From: Alphaproteobacteria bacterium
Lineage (GTDB): Bacteria; Pseudomonadota; Alphaproteobacteria; JAJTHO01; CANGYM01
Direction: 5' to 3'
Assembly: GCA_044235825.1 (NCBI GenBank)
Contig: JBIIHL010000001.1
Coordinates: forward strand, 1-57,677
DNA length: 57,677 bases
Position numbers and translations under genes: made by a program
Notes under the pieces: model-generated
Told to the model about the DNA's origin: nothing
The model's input: the letters and a program-made list of their open reading frames with translations, nothing else
The model's database searches: none
Part shown: piece after piece, positions 1 through 10,407 of the stretch
Position numbering within the stretch: the first letter of the stretch is position 1
Layout of the letters: each line of letters opens with the position of its first letter

Positions 1-9
1 AGAAACGCA

Positions 10-2514
10 TCAATACATTCCATCCAGACTTTCAGGAGAGTCTCCAGCGCCCTCTGGAGAAGGCCCCGTGCTGTCCCCAGGAACCTCAACGGTTTTTTGC
101 TCTAAATCTTGACCGGGGATAAAGGCCTCAACAATGCTGCCGGGTGTATCTGACGGCACAACGACGCCCGATTGCAAATCCGTGGACACCAAACGAATCC
201 CCGGAGGCATCCGAAACGGCACAGACGGCATGGTGGGCAAAACGGTTTTCATAAAATCAATAAACACCGGAACTGCCACGCTGCCGCCGGTTTCTTTGCG
301 GCCAAGGGTTTGGGGCTGGTCATAGCCGTAATAAATCCCCACCACCAGATCAGGGGAAAAGCCCAAAAACCAAACATCGCGACTGTCATTGGTGGTTCCC
401 GTTTTTCCAGCCAAAGCATACCCGGGAAAAGCAGCACCAATTTTGGCCCCCGTTCCCCGCGCCACAACCCCGCTGAGGATATTCACAACCTGATAAACAT
501 GACGGGGATCCGCCAAGGTTTCCCGATCATCGGGCAACAGGGGGGGATCTTGATCTTGCCACGTTTGATTCAAACATGCATCGCAGGGACGATTGTCATG
601 GCGAAAAATGGTTTTTCCATAGCGATCCTGAATTCGATCCACCAAAGAGGGACGGATTTTTTTGCCGCCATTGACCAGCTCGCCGTAGGCCTGTGTCATT
701 TTCAAAAGCGTGGTTTCGTTGGATCCCAAGACCGAAGAATAGTAAGGAGGCATTTTATCATAAATCCCAAACCGATGGGCAACATCCTGTATAGGTTTTA
801 ACCCGATAGCGAGGGCTAAACGTACAGTCATCAGGTTACGCGAAAGTTCCATGCCCCGCCGCAAGGTGGTGAGACCATAAAAATCATCGGAATAATTGCT
901 GGGTTTCCAGATACGGTCCTGATCTGCACCCAAAATCTCCATCACCACCGGCGCATCCAACAGACGGCTGTTGGGGGCATAGCCGGATTCCATGGCCGCC
1001 AAGGCCACAAAGGGCTTAAACGAAGAGCCAGGTTGCCGTGTGGCCTGGGTGGCACGGTTAAATTCACTGCCATCAAAGGAAGTGCCCCCCACCATGGCAT
1101 AAATACGTCCTGTGTGGGGATCCAGAGCCATCATGGCCCCATTGACTTTGGGCACTTGCTGAATGGTCCAAGACTCTTGTGTTTCTAGGGTTGTTTTTTC
1201 TGTTTCCCCCTTACTTTCCGAAGACAGCGGGGTTGTGTCTTTGGCAATCCAAACAATATCCCCCACCGAGAGAATATCTTCAAAAGAGCTGATGGGAAGA
1301 AACGGTTGGCCCGCTTTCTTGGCCACCCGCATTTTCCAACCTAAGGCTGAACGGGGCAAGATCACCTGACGTCCGTCTTCGGTTGTCCCAGAAACAGATT
1401 GTTTTTCAACTGATTGAACATAAAAAAGCGTCCAGCCCAAACGCTGAAACGCATGGGCGTAGTGTCGCCAACAAAGGACATTGTTGGGATCATCGCAGGC
1501 CGTTGGCAAAGACGGGGCATGCCCCACAACGCCATCCCAAGCCCGAGCGCGACGATCAAACGCCACAGCTCCGCGCATAAAGGCCTTTTGCGCCTGTTCC
1601 TGCATCATGGGGTTTAAGGTTGTCCGCACAGATAACCCCCCTGTATACAGGGCCTGAGACCCATACCGATTCACCAGATCGCGACGAATTTCCTCAGAAA
1701 AATACGGGGCATCGACATAGGAAAGGGTAAAGGCCTTAGGGGGCAAAAGAGGTTTCTTTTGATACAAAGCCACATCCTCTGGCTTTAAAACCCCCGTTTC
1801 CCCCATGCGGGAAAGAACCCAATTCCGTCTGGCCAAAGCCGCATCGTGATTTTTGACAGGGTGATAGTTGCTGGGCGCCTTGGGTAAAGCCGCCAGAAAC
1901 GCGGCTTCATCAGGGGTTAATTCTGTTAAAGCTTTACCAAAATACCGCTGAGCCGCACTGCCAATACCATAGCTGCCCAAACCAAAATAAATTTCATTAA
2001 GGTATAATTCTAAGATGGTTTCTTTGGAAAGGGCTTTTTCAATGCGAAAAGCCACAATGGCCTCTTTCACTTTCCGCTCTAAAGATTTTTCATTCCCCAC
2101 CAAAAAATTTTTGGCCACCTGCTGGGTGATGGTCGATGCCCCCTGACGTCGCCCTGTATGATTGACCCATGACCATGCATTCAGGAAAACGGCCCGCGTG
2201 ACCCCCCGAAAACTAACACCCTTGTGGTGAAAAAAATCGGCATCTTCGGATGCCAAAAACGCATGAACCACCAAGGGGGGCATCATGCTGTAGGGCACAA
2301 AAACACGGCGCTGCTCGGCATATTCCGTGATCATCTGGCCATCGGCGGCATAAAGGCGCGTTGTGATTTTGGGTGTATATTGTTTCAGGGTTTCATGATC
2401 CGGTAAATTCCGACTGAAATAGACATAGCCAATCCCAATAGCCACCCCACCCACCATGGCCAGAGACAGCATAATCGAAAAAGTCAAAACCAAAAAACGG
2501 GGCATAGTTCGCAT
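10..2514 (-). CDS. mrcA: Class A penicillin-binding protein 1A (glycosyltransferase + transpeptidase)
   Basis: 834-aa ORF with an N-terminal membrane anchor. GT51 motifs EDADFFHHKG and RQGASTITQQ. Transpeptidase motifs SSFKPF (SxxK), SRN (SxN) and KTGTT. Confidence 0.9.
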   Translation of the reverse strand: MRTMPRFLVLTFSIMLSLAMVGGVAIGIGYVYFSRNLPDHETLKQYTPKITTRLYAADGQMITEYAEQRRVFVPYSMMPPLVVHAFLASEDADFFHHKGVSFRGVTRAVFLNAWSWVNHTGRRQGASTITQQVAKNFLVGNEKSLERKVKEAIVAFRIEKALSKETILELYLNEIYFGLGSYGIGSAAQRYFGKALTELTPDEAAFLAALPKAPSNYHPVKNHDAALARRNWVLSRMGETGVLKPEDVALYQKKPLLPPKAFTLSYVDAPYFSEEIRRDLVNRYGSQALYTGGLSVRTTLNPMMQEQAQKAFMRGAVAFDRRARAWDGVVGHAPSLPTACDDPNNVLCWRHYAHAFQRLGWTLFYVQSVEKQSVSGTTEDGRQVILPRSALGWKMRVAKKAGQPFLPISSFEDILSVGDIVWIAKDTTPLSSESKGETEKTTLETQESWTIQQVPKVNGAMMALDPHTGRIYAMVGGTSFDGSEFNRATQATRQPGSSFKPFVALAAMESGYAPNSRLLDAPVVMEILGADQDRIWKPSNYSDDFYGLTTLRRGMELSRNLMTVRLALAIGLKPIQDVAHRFGIYDKMPPYYSSVLGSNETTLLKMTQAYGELVNGGKKIRPSLVDRIQDRYGKTIFRHDNRPCDACLNQTWQDQDPPLLPDDRETLADPRHVYQVVNILSGVVARGTGAKIGAAFPGYALAGKTGTTNDSRDVWFLGFSPDLVVGIYYGYDQPQTLGRKETGGSVAVPVFIDFMKTVLPTMPSVPFRMPPGIRLVSTDLQSGVVVPSDTPGSIVEAFIPGQDLEQKTVEVPGDSTGPSPEGAGDSPESLDGMY

Positions 2515-2517
2515 CCT

Positions 2518-3882
2518 TTAGGGCTGCCACGATACGTGTTGAGAAGTTTTAGGATGGTCGTTGAAATAAGACTGTGTTGCCGCCACAATCCCCCGCACCA
2601 ATTTTTCACGATGGCTTTTTTGCAGCAAAAGCCATTCCTCCTTAGGATTGGATAAATACCCCATTTCAATCAGAACCGACGGCACATCTGGGGCTTTTAA
2701 AACCACAAACCCCGCAAAACGGTGGGATTCATATTTCAGTTTAATGGATGAAGACAGCTCTGTGACCAAACGTGTGGCATAATCCGCGGACGCATTCATG
2801 GTGCCCCTTTGAACCAAATCAATCAAAATGTTGCTGACATCTTCGGATTCCCCCGATAAATCAACGCCGGCAATGATATCAGATTGATTTTCTTTATTGG
2901 CCAATTTGGCCGCTTCACGGTCAGACGCGCGTTCAGAAAGGGTATAAACAGACATACCCGTGGCTTCGGCATTCATCGCTGAATCCGCGTGCAGGGAAAT
3001 GAACAAATCCGCCTTGGCCGATCGGGCCACATCAATGCGCCCCCTCAGGGATATGTATTGATCACCATTGCGCGTCATAACCACTTTGTATCCTGGCAAC
3101 GCTCGAAAAGCTGCGGCCAATTCTTGGGCTGCCTTTAAAACCAAATTTTTTTCTTGGGTGCCCCGTTTCCCGCTGGCCCCTGGATCTTTGCCTCCATGAC
3201 CTGGGTCCAAGACAATAACGATAGGCTCTTTGGAAACAGGGGAAAAAGAGGCGTTTTTTTCTGTCTCCAAAGCGTCCAAAGCGGCTGTTTGCTTTTCCTG
3301 CTTCACCGTCTCTTGACTCGCTTCAGCGCTTTGGGGGGACGATAAAACAACGGGCGGCAAGGCGGTTGCCGACGGTGTTTTCAAAGATGCCTCTAAAGGT
3401 TTTTCATGATCCGGTGTATCCTGAAGAGGCGAATCTTGCCTTGTCATCATCAAAGGCCGAGGGGGAGATTCCTGAGAAAGAACAGGTTTTTTCTCTGCCA
3501 CTACGGGATTGGCAGGGCGGATTTTGGAAAAAGCAATGGATAGGATGGGGGGGCGATAGCCAGCCTCAACCGAGGCGCTACCCGCCAGATCAAAAACCAG
3601 ACGATAGGTATTTGGGCTGTTTTTTGCCCGACGAAAGGCCTTAACGACCCCCCCCTTAGGCAAAGAGGGATTGTTAGCATTCCAAGTGGTTCTTTTTAAA
3701 TCAATCACCAAACGATCCGGATGGGTCAAGGTAAAAACCCGCATTTCAGGTTTTGTTTTTTCCAGAAAGGTCATCTGAATCGACTTTGGCCCCACAGTCA
3801 CAGCCATAAGGGCGTTAGGATCAGCCTTAGCGCCACCCCCAAAGGCCAAAATCAGAAAAAACAACCACAGCGCGGCCTTCAT
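2518..3882 (-). CDS. N-acetylmuramoyl-L-alanine amidase, AmiC-like (AMIN domain + amidase_3)
   Basis: 454 aa. Signal peptide MKAALWLFFLILAFGGGAKA, AMIN-like N-terminus, Pro/Ser-rich linker. C-terminal amidase_3 core (IVLDPGHGGKDPGA, FISLHADS, VLIEMGYLSN). Lies 3 nt upstream of mrcA. Confidence 0.87.
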   Translation of the reverse strand: MKAALWLFFLILAFGGGAKADPNALMAVTVGPKSIQMTFLEKTKPEMRVFTLTHPDRLVIDLKRTTWNANNPSLPKGGVVKAFRRAKNSPNTYRLVFDLAGSASVEAGYRPPILSIAFSKIRPANPVVAEKKPVLSQESPPRPLMMTRQDSPLQDTPDHEKPLEASLKTPSATALPPVVLSSPQSAEASQETVKQEKQTAALDALETEKNASFSPVSKEPIVIVLDPGHGGKDPGASGKRGTQEKNLVLKAAQELAAAFRALPGYKVVMTRNGDQYISLRGRIDVARSAKADLFISLHADSAMNAEATGMSVYTLSERASDREAAKLANKENQSDIIAGVDLSGESEDVSNILIDLVQRGTMNASADYATRLVTELSSSIKLKYESHRFAGFVVLKAPDVPSVLIEMGYLSNPKEEWLLLQKSHREKLVRGIVAATQSYFNDHPKTSQHVSWQP

Positions 3883-3900
3883 GGTTTTTCTTTATTTTTT

Positions 3901-5703
3901 TTAAGATTCCAGAACTGTTTTAACAGTCCCCGCCAATTGTTTCAAGCTAAAGGGTTTGGGAATAAAATGAACATGATCCAAACTTTCCAGCTTTTTTCGG
4001 ATGCTTTCTTCTGCATAGCCGGAAACGCAAATGACTTTCAAATGGGGGTCTTTTTTGCGCATAATTTCAATTAAGGTTGGGCCATCGATGATGGGCATCA
4101 TCACATCCGTCAGCAAAAGATCGATTTTTAAATGAGGATCATTTTGCAGGATTTGCAGGGCGACATCACCACTGCGGGCCTCGATAACCGTGTAACCTTT
4201 ATTTTTTAAAACACGAGAGCTGAAAATCCGCACCGGATCTTCATCCTCCACAAGCAAGATGGTTCCCATACCTGTGAGATCACCGGTTTTTTCTTCGGTC
4301 ACCACCTCAACAACGCGTTCAGGTCCCGTATAACGGGGCAAATAAATTTTAAAGGTCGTACCGCGGCCTAGGGCGCTATGAACCTCGATAATGCCCCCAC
4401 TTTGGCGCACAATGCCATAAACGGTTGCCAAGCCCAATCCTGTTCCTGATCCCACTTCTTTTGTGGAAAAAAAGGGATCAAAAATTTTGCTTAAATGACT
4501 CGAATCAATGCCTTTTCCTGTATCCGTTACACTCAGGATCACATAATCGCCCGAGGGTGTCGTATCATTGCCGATATTCAAAGCCTCTGCCAACGTCACA
4601 TTTTCCGTGCGCAGCAACAAAGATCCCCCATGCTCCATGGCATCTCTGGCATTCACGCATAAATTTACAATAACCTGCTCTAACTGGGTTTTATCAGCGC
4701 GGACATTCCAAACCTCTCTGACATGTTGAACATCCAGCTGAATGGATTCGCCAATCAATCTTTGAAGCAAATGGGTAATTTCAGCAATAGCATCCGGTAT
4801 TTTTAAAACCTGAAGTTCCAGTTTTTGCTGGCGGGAAAACGCCAACAATTGACGAACCAAAGCCGTAGCCCGTTTTGCATTTTGATGAATGTGGTTGATA
4901 TCCGCAAAAGAGGGATCGCCCGCAATATGCCGCTGCAAAAGCAAATCACAAAACCCGCTGATGGCGGTGAGCAAATTGTTAAAATCATGGGCAATCCCCC
5001 CTGCCAATTGCCCCACAGCTTGCATCTTTTGAGACTGAGAAAATTGCATTTCCAGCATTTTGCGATCGCTAATATCGATTAAATAAACCAGAAATTCAGC
5101 AGGAAGGTTTGTGTTGTCCGATGATGGCCATTGTAAATGAACCAGCAATGTTTTTTCAGGACCAGAAAGATCGATTTTTTTTAAGACATTAAAGGATTTT
5201 AGCGGCATCTCAAAACGGGTATACCTTTTTTCGGCAACAAAGGTTTCAAATTGAGAGGCGATATATGTTTTTTGGGAATCGTCAATAAAATCAAGAAAAT
5301 CCTGATTAAAAATACGATCCTCTTCCAGACCAATCATCTCACAAAACGCAGGGTTCATGCTTTTGATTTTACCATTTTCTTCTAAAAGGGCCAACCCAAA
5401 GGGAGCATTAAAGAAATAAGATTGTAGGAGATCTTTATCCTGTAAAATAATCTGCTGGCCTCGCGTATAGGACAACTCTGAAAAGCGTGATCTGGCATTT
5501 TGTTTTCTTTTGTAGCGCTCAAAAAAAACCAATCCAAAGAGCCATAGACTGACTATAAGCAAAAAAAGACACCATGCGTAAAGAAACACAAGGGTATTTG
5601 ACATGCTCGTGATATACACCACCAAACAGGTCACAAGGATCATGACCCCTGCGGTGGTAAAAAATCCTTTTTGTGAACTAAAGAAGGCTTTCATTCTAAT
5701 CAT
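3901..5703 (-). CDS. Hybrid sensor histidine kinase/response regulator, CckA-like (2 TM, PAS, HisKA, HATPase, REC)
   Basis: 600 aa with two N-terminal TM helices and a PAS-like segment. H-box GGIAHDFNNLLTAI; N/G boxes NLCVNARDAM, DTGKGI, GSGTGLGL. Receiver domain ILLVEDED...LLLTDVMMP...KPFSLKQL. The start could instead be M4 (5694). Confidence 0.85.
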   Translation of the reverse strand: MIRMKAFFSSQKGFFTTAGVMILVTCLVVYITSMSNTLVFLYAWCLFLLIVSLWLFGLVFFERYKRKQNARSRFSELSYTRGQQIILQDKDLLQSYFFNAPFGLALLEENGKIKSMNPAFCEMIGLEEDRIFNQDFLDFIDDSQKTYIASQFETFVAEKRYTRFEMPLKSFNVLKKIDLSGPEKTLLVHLQWPSSDNTNLPAEFLVYLIDISDRKMLEMQFSQSQKMQAVGQLAGGIAHDFNNLLTAISGFCDLLLQRHIAGDPSFADINHIHQNAKRATALVRQLLAFSRQQKLELQVLKIPDAIAEITHLLQRLIGESIQLDVQHVREVWNVRADKTQLEQVIVNLCVNARDAMEHGGSLLLRTENVTLAEALNIGNDTTPSGDYVILSVTDTGKGIDSSHLSKIFDPFFSTKEVGSGTGLGLATVYGIVRQSGGIIEVHSALGRGTTFKIYLPRYTGPERVVEVVTEEKTGDLTGMGTILLVEDEDPVRIFSSRVLKNKGYTVIEARSGDVALQILQNDPHLKIDLLLTDVMMPIIDGPTLIEIMRKKDPHLKVICVSGYAEESIRKKLESLDHVHFIPKPFSLKQLAGTVKTVLES

Positions 5704-6634
5704 TCTTTTTTATCAAGGATTCGAGGGATTCAATAACCCATTGAGGGGAAACATTCATTAAATTTTTCTCCCTAAAGACCTTTACCCATGGCCCCCGCTG
5801 AGCGCAACGCACAGGATCCGAAGCATATGAAAACAGGGCCACTGTCGGGGCACCGGCAACACTCAAAAGATGCAAAGGCCCTGTATCATTGCCAATGGCA
5901 AAAATCGCTTTTCTGCCCAATGTGGCCAAATCTTGAAACTGGGTCTTTCCTGTCATATCCACACATTCAGGAACGGCTTTTTTGATGTGTTGGTTTAGAT
6001 CAGCATCAATACGTGTGCCAATCAAAAGGGGGGTGATGTTTTGCTGCACCAAATACGATGCCAGTTCGGTGTAATGCGATACAGGCCACCGTTTTTCCGG
6101 ACGATGGGCCGATCCCCCAGGCACCAGTAAGGCAAAGGGGTTCTGAGGACAGGCCACATCAGAAGACACCGCCCAATCCACCCGCGGAGGATAGAAACGG
6201 GTTAAACCGGCCAAAGCCAATTGTTCATTGAAACGTTCAATGGTGTGCATGGTTTTTCGGTGGGGCGTGTTGTGGCGATAACGACATCCCGCCACAGCAC
6301 CGGACCAATGATCAGGCTGATGGGGCCAAAGCATCCAGAAATAAAACGCTGTACGGTCACTGTTTTGCAGGTCATACACGCGATCAAATCCTTGGCGCAA
6401 AAACCAAGACCGAAGATTTTTTATACCTTTTATATCCCAAAATTTTGGCTTTTTATCCTCAACAACGGCATCGAGCCAAGGAACATCCGCCGCAATGTTA
6501 TGATAAGGGGCGCAGGTCAACAGGGTGATTCTATCCTGAGGATGATGGGATCGTATGGCCTCAAAGGCGCCCATGGCTTGGACGAAATCGCCAAAGGCTC
6601 CATGCTTGATCACCAAGATACGCTGGGACATCAT
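5696..6634 (-). CDS. Glycosyltransferase family 9 (ADP-heptose:LPS heptosyltransferase-like)
   Basis: 312 aa. N-terminal ILVIKHGAFGDFV and C-terminal GNDTGPLHL motifs are typical of GT9 heptosyltransferases. Confidence 0.8.
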   Translation of the reverse strand: MMSQRILVIKHGAFGDFVQAMGAFEAIRSHHPQDRITLLTCAPYHNIAADVPWLDAVVEDKKPKFWDIKGIKNLRSWFLRQGFDRVYDLQNSDRTAFYFWMLWPHQPDHWSGAVAGCRYRHNTPHRKTMHTIERFNEQLALAGLTRFYPPRVDWAVSSDVACPQNPFALLVPGGSAHRPEKRWPVSHYTELASYLVQQNITPLLIGTRIDADLNQHIKKAVPECVDMTGKTQFQDLATLGRKAIFAIGNDTGPLHLLSVAGAPTVALFSYASDPVRCAQRGPWVKVFREKNLMNVSPQWVIESLESLIKKND

Positions 6635-6663
6635 GACCTAAGATAATGTCTTAGGATCAAAAA

Positions 6664-7218
6664 TCAACGCTCGTCCATGGGGGGATCCATGGGGATAGGC
6701 GTTCCCATCGTGTGATTCATCATATGGCCTTTGGGCATGGGTGCGGATGCAGGGGGAATCATCCCATCACGAGAGCATTTTCTGTACGTAAACCAGATTT
6801 TTCTCTGCTCAGGAGTTAACATACGCCACACCTGAAGATCCGATTCAAATCGAGCGCTGTTCATAGCTGCGGAAGCAGCATTGTACTCATCAAACATCTT
6901 TTTCAAATCAGCTTCATTTTTGGCGGTGCTTTCCAAAGCCTGATACAGAGCGCGTTTCTTATCCCGCATATCAGAGCGAGCCTGGCGCAAAATATCCCCC
7001 TGCTTTTCGTCAATGGCGCGAAGTTTTTTTTCAAGATCTGCGGGTGGCTTTAACGCATCGAGAGAGCGTTCAAAGGGGGGTTTGCACATCATGGAACGAT
7101 CTTTGCCAGGGCCCTGCGGTGCAGCAGCCCAAGACGTCGAGACCAAAGCCAGCATTAAAATCAGTGTACGGATGATGATCATAAGACCCCCTTCTAAAAA
7201 ACAAAAGGACAATTGCAT
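6664..7218 (-). CDS. Periplasmic LTXXQ-motif protein (Spy/CpxP/ZraP family) with Met/His-rich tail
   Basis: Signal peptide; the true start is probably M13 at 7182. Helical K/E/A-rich core with LTPEQRKIW motif. C-terminal tail PMPKGHMMNHTMGTPIPMDPPM. Confidence 0.65.
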   Translation of the reverse strand: MQLSFCFLEGGLMIIIRTLILMLALVSTSWAAAPQGPGKDRSMMCKPPFERSLDALKPPADLEKKLRAIDEKQGDILRQARSDMRDKKRALYQALESTAKNEADLKKMFDEYNAASAAMNSARFESDLQVWRMLTPEQRKIWFTYRKCSRDGMIPPASAPMPKGHMMNHTMGTPIPMDPPMDER

Positions 7219-7371
7219 GCGACTATAGGGGGTAATCCTTCACAGGACAATTGTTTTTTTGAAATTGGACGCGCTAACCAAAGACGCCGCCTGAGAGAGT
7301 TTCCCTAAGCAGAGAAGGACAACAGCAAAAAAAGCCTAAATTCTGAAAACACCCACAAAGGGGGCATTTCA

Positions 7372-7812
7372 TTATAACGCTTGATCAAAAGGCGCGAGAT
7401 CGTCCTGTGACAGAGCATTCTGGTTGGGGCCGGAATCTTGGCCTTTGGCATTAATGTCCCGATCCACAAATTCAATATAGGCCAAAGGCGCTGCATCACC
7501 ATAGCGAAAACCCGCCTTAATAATGCGCGTATAGCCCCCAGGACGGTCTTGATAACGATCCGCCAACGTGGTGATCAGCTTTTCAACAATCGCATCATCC
7601 CGCAAAACAGAAAACAACAAACGACGGTCATGCAACGTGGCACCACGGGCACGGCTGACCATTTTTTCGATGTAGGGACGCAGCTCACGGGCCTTAGGCA
7701 ACGTGGTTTTGATCTGTTCGTGCTTCACCAAAGCGCAAGCCATATTGGCCAGCATGGCGGAACGATGGGAAGACGTTCTGTTAAGTTTACGACCTTTAAT
7801 ACCATGTCTCAT
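7372..7812 (-). CDS. rplQ: 50S ribosomal protein L17
   Basis: 146 aa. Canonical N-terminus [21 protein letters not shown]. Follows rpoA. Confidence 0.95.
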   Translation of the reverse strand: MRHGIKGRKLNRTSSHRSAMLANMACALVKHEQIKTTLPKARELRPYIEKMVSRARGATLHDRRLLFSVLRDDAIVEKLITTLADRYQDRPGGYTRIIKAGFRYGDAAPLAYIEFVDRDINAKGQDSGPNQNALSQDDLAPFDQAL

Positions 7813-7836
7813 GACACATCACCTTTTATGTTAGCC

Positions 7837-8865
7837 TTAGAAGGGCTCTTCAATACGTCTGGATAAATCTTCGATGTTTTCTGGGGGCCAGTCAGGGATT
7901 TCCATACCCAGAGCCAACCCTAATTTGTCCAACTCATCTTTGATTTCATTCAAAGATTTCCGGCCAAAATTAGGCGTGCGCAGCATTTCATATTCGGTTT
8001 TTAACACCAAATCCCCAATGTACACAATGTTATCGTTACGCAGACAGTTGGCGGCACGAACAGAAAGCTCCAGATCTTCAACCTTGCGCAGCAAGTTTTT
8101 ATTAAACGGCAGATCAGGATGATCTTCGGCGCGGGTATGGCCACGGGCGGGCTCTTCAAAGGTAATGAAGGGCTGCAACTGATCTTGAATAATCCGACTG
8201 GCCAAGCCCACAGCATCCTCAGGCGAGAGGGTTCCGTTGGTTTCGACGCTCAGCAAAAGCTTATCATAATCGGTGACCTGTCCCACACGGGCACCTTCAA
8301 CCCGAAACGCCACACGCTGCACGGGGCTGTAAATCGCATCAATGGGGATCAGACCTAAAGGGGCATCTTTGGGCAGGTTTTCGTTAGCAGGGACGTACCC
8401 CTTGCCCGTTTCTACCACCAGCTCAGCATCCAGCTCGGCATCTTTATCCAAAGTACAAATCACAACCTCAGGGTTTTTAATCTGAACATCATGGGGCAAG
8501 GAAATCATGCCCGCTGTTACCACACAAGGGCCTTTGGCCTTCAAGGATAATTTTTTACGGCCATCGCTGAGCACGGAAACGGCAAGCGTTTTTAAGTTCA
8601 AGATGATATCTGTCACATCCTCGCGCACACCGTTGATGGAGGAGAATTCGTGCAAGACATTTTTAAACGTCACATTGGTAATGGCGGCCCCTTGCAAAGA
8701 AGACAGCAAAACACGGCGCAGAGCATTTCCCAAGGTGACACCAAAGCCACGCTCTAGGGGCTCCACCACAATGGTGGCGGCATTTTTGTTAGAGGCATCC
8801 CGAGCGATTTTCATCGACGTGGGCTTAATCAACGCTTGCCAGTTTTCTTGCAGCATACTTTTCAC
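7837..8865 (-). CDS. rpoA: DNA-directed RNA polymerase subunit alpha
   Basis: 342 aa. Motifs [23 protein letters not shown] and C-terminal domain [11 protein letters not shown]. Lies in the rpsK-rpoA-rplQ context. Confidence 0.96.
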   Translation of the reverse strand: MKSMLQENWQALIKPTSMKIARDASNKNAATIVVEPLERGFGVTLGNALRRVLLSSLQGAAITNVTFKNVLHEFSSINGVREDVTDIILNLKTLAVSVLSDGRKKLSLKAKGPCVVTAGMISLPHDVQIKNPEVVICTLDKDAELDAELVVETGKGYVPANENLPKDAPLGLIPIDAIYSPVQRVAFRVEGARVGQVTDYDKLLLSVETNGTLSPEDAVGLASRIIQDQLQPFITFEEPARGHTRAEDHPDLPFNKNLLRKVEDLELSVRAANCLRNDNIVYIGDLVLKTEYEMLRTPNFGRKSLNEIKDELDKLGLALGMEIPDWPPENIEDLSRRIEEPF

Positions 8866-8883
8866 CTTTGGCCCTAAAAGAAA

Positions 8884-9282
8884 TTAAACACGACGACGTT
8901 TCGGAGGACGGCACCCATTATGAGGAATAGGGGTCACATCCCGAATGGACGATACAATGAAACCAGCGGACTGCAACGCACGCAAAGCCGATTCCCGACC
9001 GGAACCCGGACCATTCACCTGAACATCCACAGTTTTCATGCCATGCTCCATGGCATCACGGGCAGCCTTTTCGGCGGCAACCTGCGCGGCGTAGGGGGTA
9101 GATTTCCGCGCACCCTTAAAGCCATTGGCCCCCGAGGTGGACCAAGCAATGGTGTTGCCCTGCTGATCTGTGATGGTGATGATGGTGTTGTTAAACGTGG
9201 AATTCACGTGCACAACCCCGACAGAGATATTTTTACGCTCAGAACGCTTTAAACGCGCTGTTTGCTGCTTTGCTTTGGCCAT
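8884..9282 (-). CDS. rpsK: 30S ribosomal protein S11
   Basis: 132 aa. Motifs [18 protein letters not shown] and [13 protein letters not shown]. Confidence 0.96.
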   Translation of the reverse strand: MAKAKQQTARLKRSERKNISVGVVHVNSTFNNTIITITDQQGNTIAWSTSGANGFKGARKSTPYAAQVAAEKAARDAMEHGMKTVDVQVNGPGSGRESALRALQSAGFIVSSIRDVTPIPHNGCRPPKRRRV

Positions 9283-9295
9283 ACCCTAAAATCCA

Positions 9296-9670
9296 CTATG
9301 ATGTTTTCTTCTTGCCGGCAATGGCCACGGCTTTCCCTTTACGGGTGCGGGCATTGCTGGACGTCCGCTGACCCCGAACGGGCAGGCGCTTGCGGTGACG
9401 CAGGCCACGATAACACGCCAAATCCGTCAATCGCTTAATGTTCATGGAAACTTCACGACGCAAGTCCCCTTCAACAACCACGTTCTCGTCAATATAAGAA
9501 CGGATTTTTAAAACGTCGGCATCGCTGAGCTGATGGACACGCACCGAAGGATCAACCCCAACGGCGGCGCAAATGGATCGGGCCACAGCAGGACCAATCC
9601 CATGAATGTAAGTCAAAGCAATCACCAGACGCTTTGCTGTCGGAATGTTAACACCGGAAATACGGGCCAC
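9296..9670 (-). CDS. rpsM: 30S ribosomal protein S13
   Basis: 124 aa. N-terminus [10 protein letters not shown]...YIHGIG and basic C-terminal tail. Confidence 0.96.
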   Translation of the reverse strand: MARISGVNIPTAKRLVIALTYIHGIGPAVARSICAAVGVDPSVRVHQLSDADVLKIRSYIDENVVVEGDLRREVSMNIKRLTDLACYRGLRHRKRLPVRGQRTSSNARTRKGKAVAIAGKKKTS

Positions 9671-9732
9671 AGGCTTAAAACTCCTTATCTAAAAACAACC
9701 ATCACAACATGTGAAAAGAGAAAGCATCTTAG

Positions 9733-10407
9733 TTACTTTGCTGCCGTTGTCAACGCTCTTTCTTCAAGTTTTTCAAAAATAGAGCGCCGCACGGATTCTA
9801 TGGGGGCCATGCCATCCACAGTCTTGAGTAATCCTAAGGTTTTATAGAATGGCAAAATGGGCAACGTCTGATCATGATACAGGCGCAAACGGGAAACCAC
9901 AACCTCGGCCCGATCATCCGAACGACGGGTAAAGGACGTTCCCCCGCAAACATCACACACATCATCAACCTTGGGCGGATGAAAGGTTTGGTGATAGCCC
10001 GCACCGCAAGTGCCACAGCTAAAACGTCCCTCGATCCTCTCAACCAAGGCTTTTTCATCCACATCAAACACAATCACCGCTGTTAAGGGGGTGTGCTTTT
10101 TTTCCAGAATGCCGTGCAGGGATTCCGCCTGAGAAAGGGTGCGGGGAAAACCATCCAAAATAAAACCATTGCGGCAATCAGACTCATCCAAACGCTCTGA
10201 AACCAGATCAATCATGACCTCATCCGGAATCAAGGCCCCCTGTTCCATCAGGGCTTTGGCCTGTATGCCCACTTTGGTGCCCGCCTTCACTGCAGCGCGG
10301 AGCATATCCCCCGTGGCCAGCTTTGGAATGCCATAATGGGCCGATATAGCATCCGCTTGGGTGCCTTTCCCCGCCCCTGGGGGTCCAAACAAAACAATCC
10401 TGATCAT
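9733..10407 (-). CDS. adk: Adenylate kinase (zinc-lid type)
   Basis: 224 aa. P-loop GPPGAGKGTQ. Lid cysteines CGTCG...CDVCGG. 4-nt overlap with the secY stop. Confidence 0.95.
   Translation of the reverse strand: MIRIVLFGPPGAGKGTQADAISAHYGIPKLATGDMLRAAVKAGTKVGIQAKALMEQGALIPDEVMIDLVSERLDESDCRNGFILDGFPRTLSQAESLHGILEKKHTPLTAVIVFDVDEKALVERIEGRFSCGTCGAGYHQTFHPPKVDDVCDVCGGTSFTRRSDDRAEVVVSRLRLYHDQTLPILPFYKTLGLLKTVDGMAPIESVRRSIFEKLEERALTTAAK

Noticed and set aside
172-801. 209-aa plus-strand ORF inside the PBP1A gene
   Set aside because: Antisense to the conserved transpeptidase domain. The product is basic and low-complexity.
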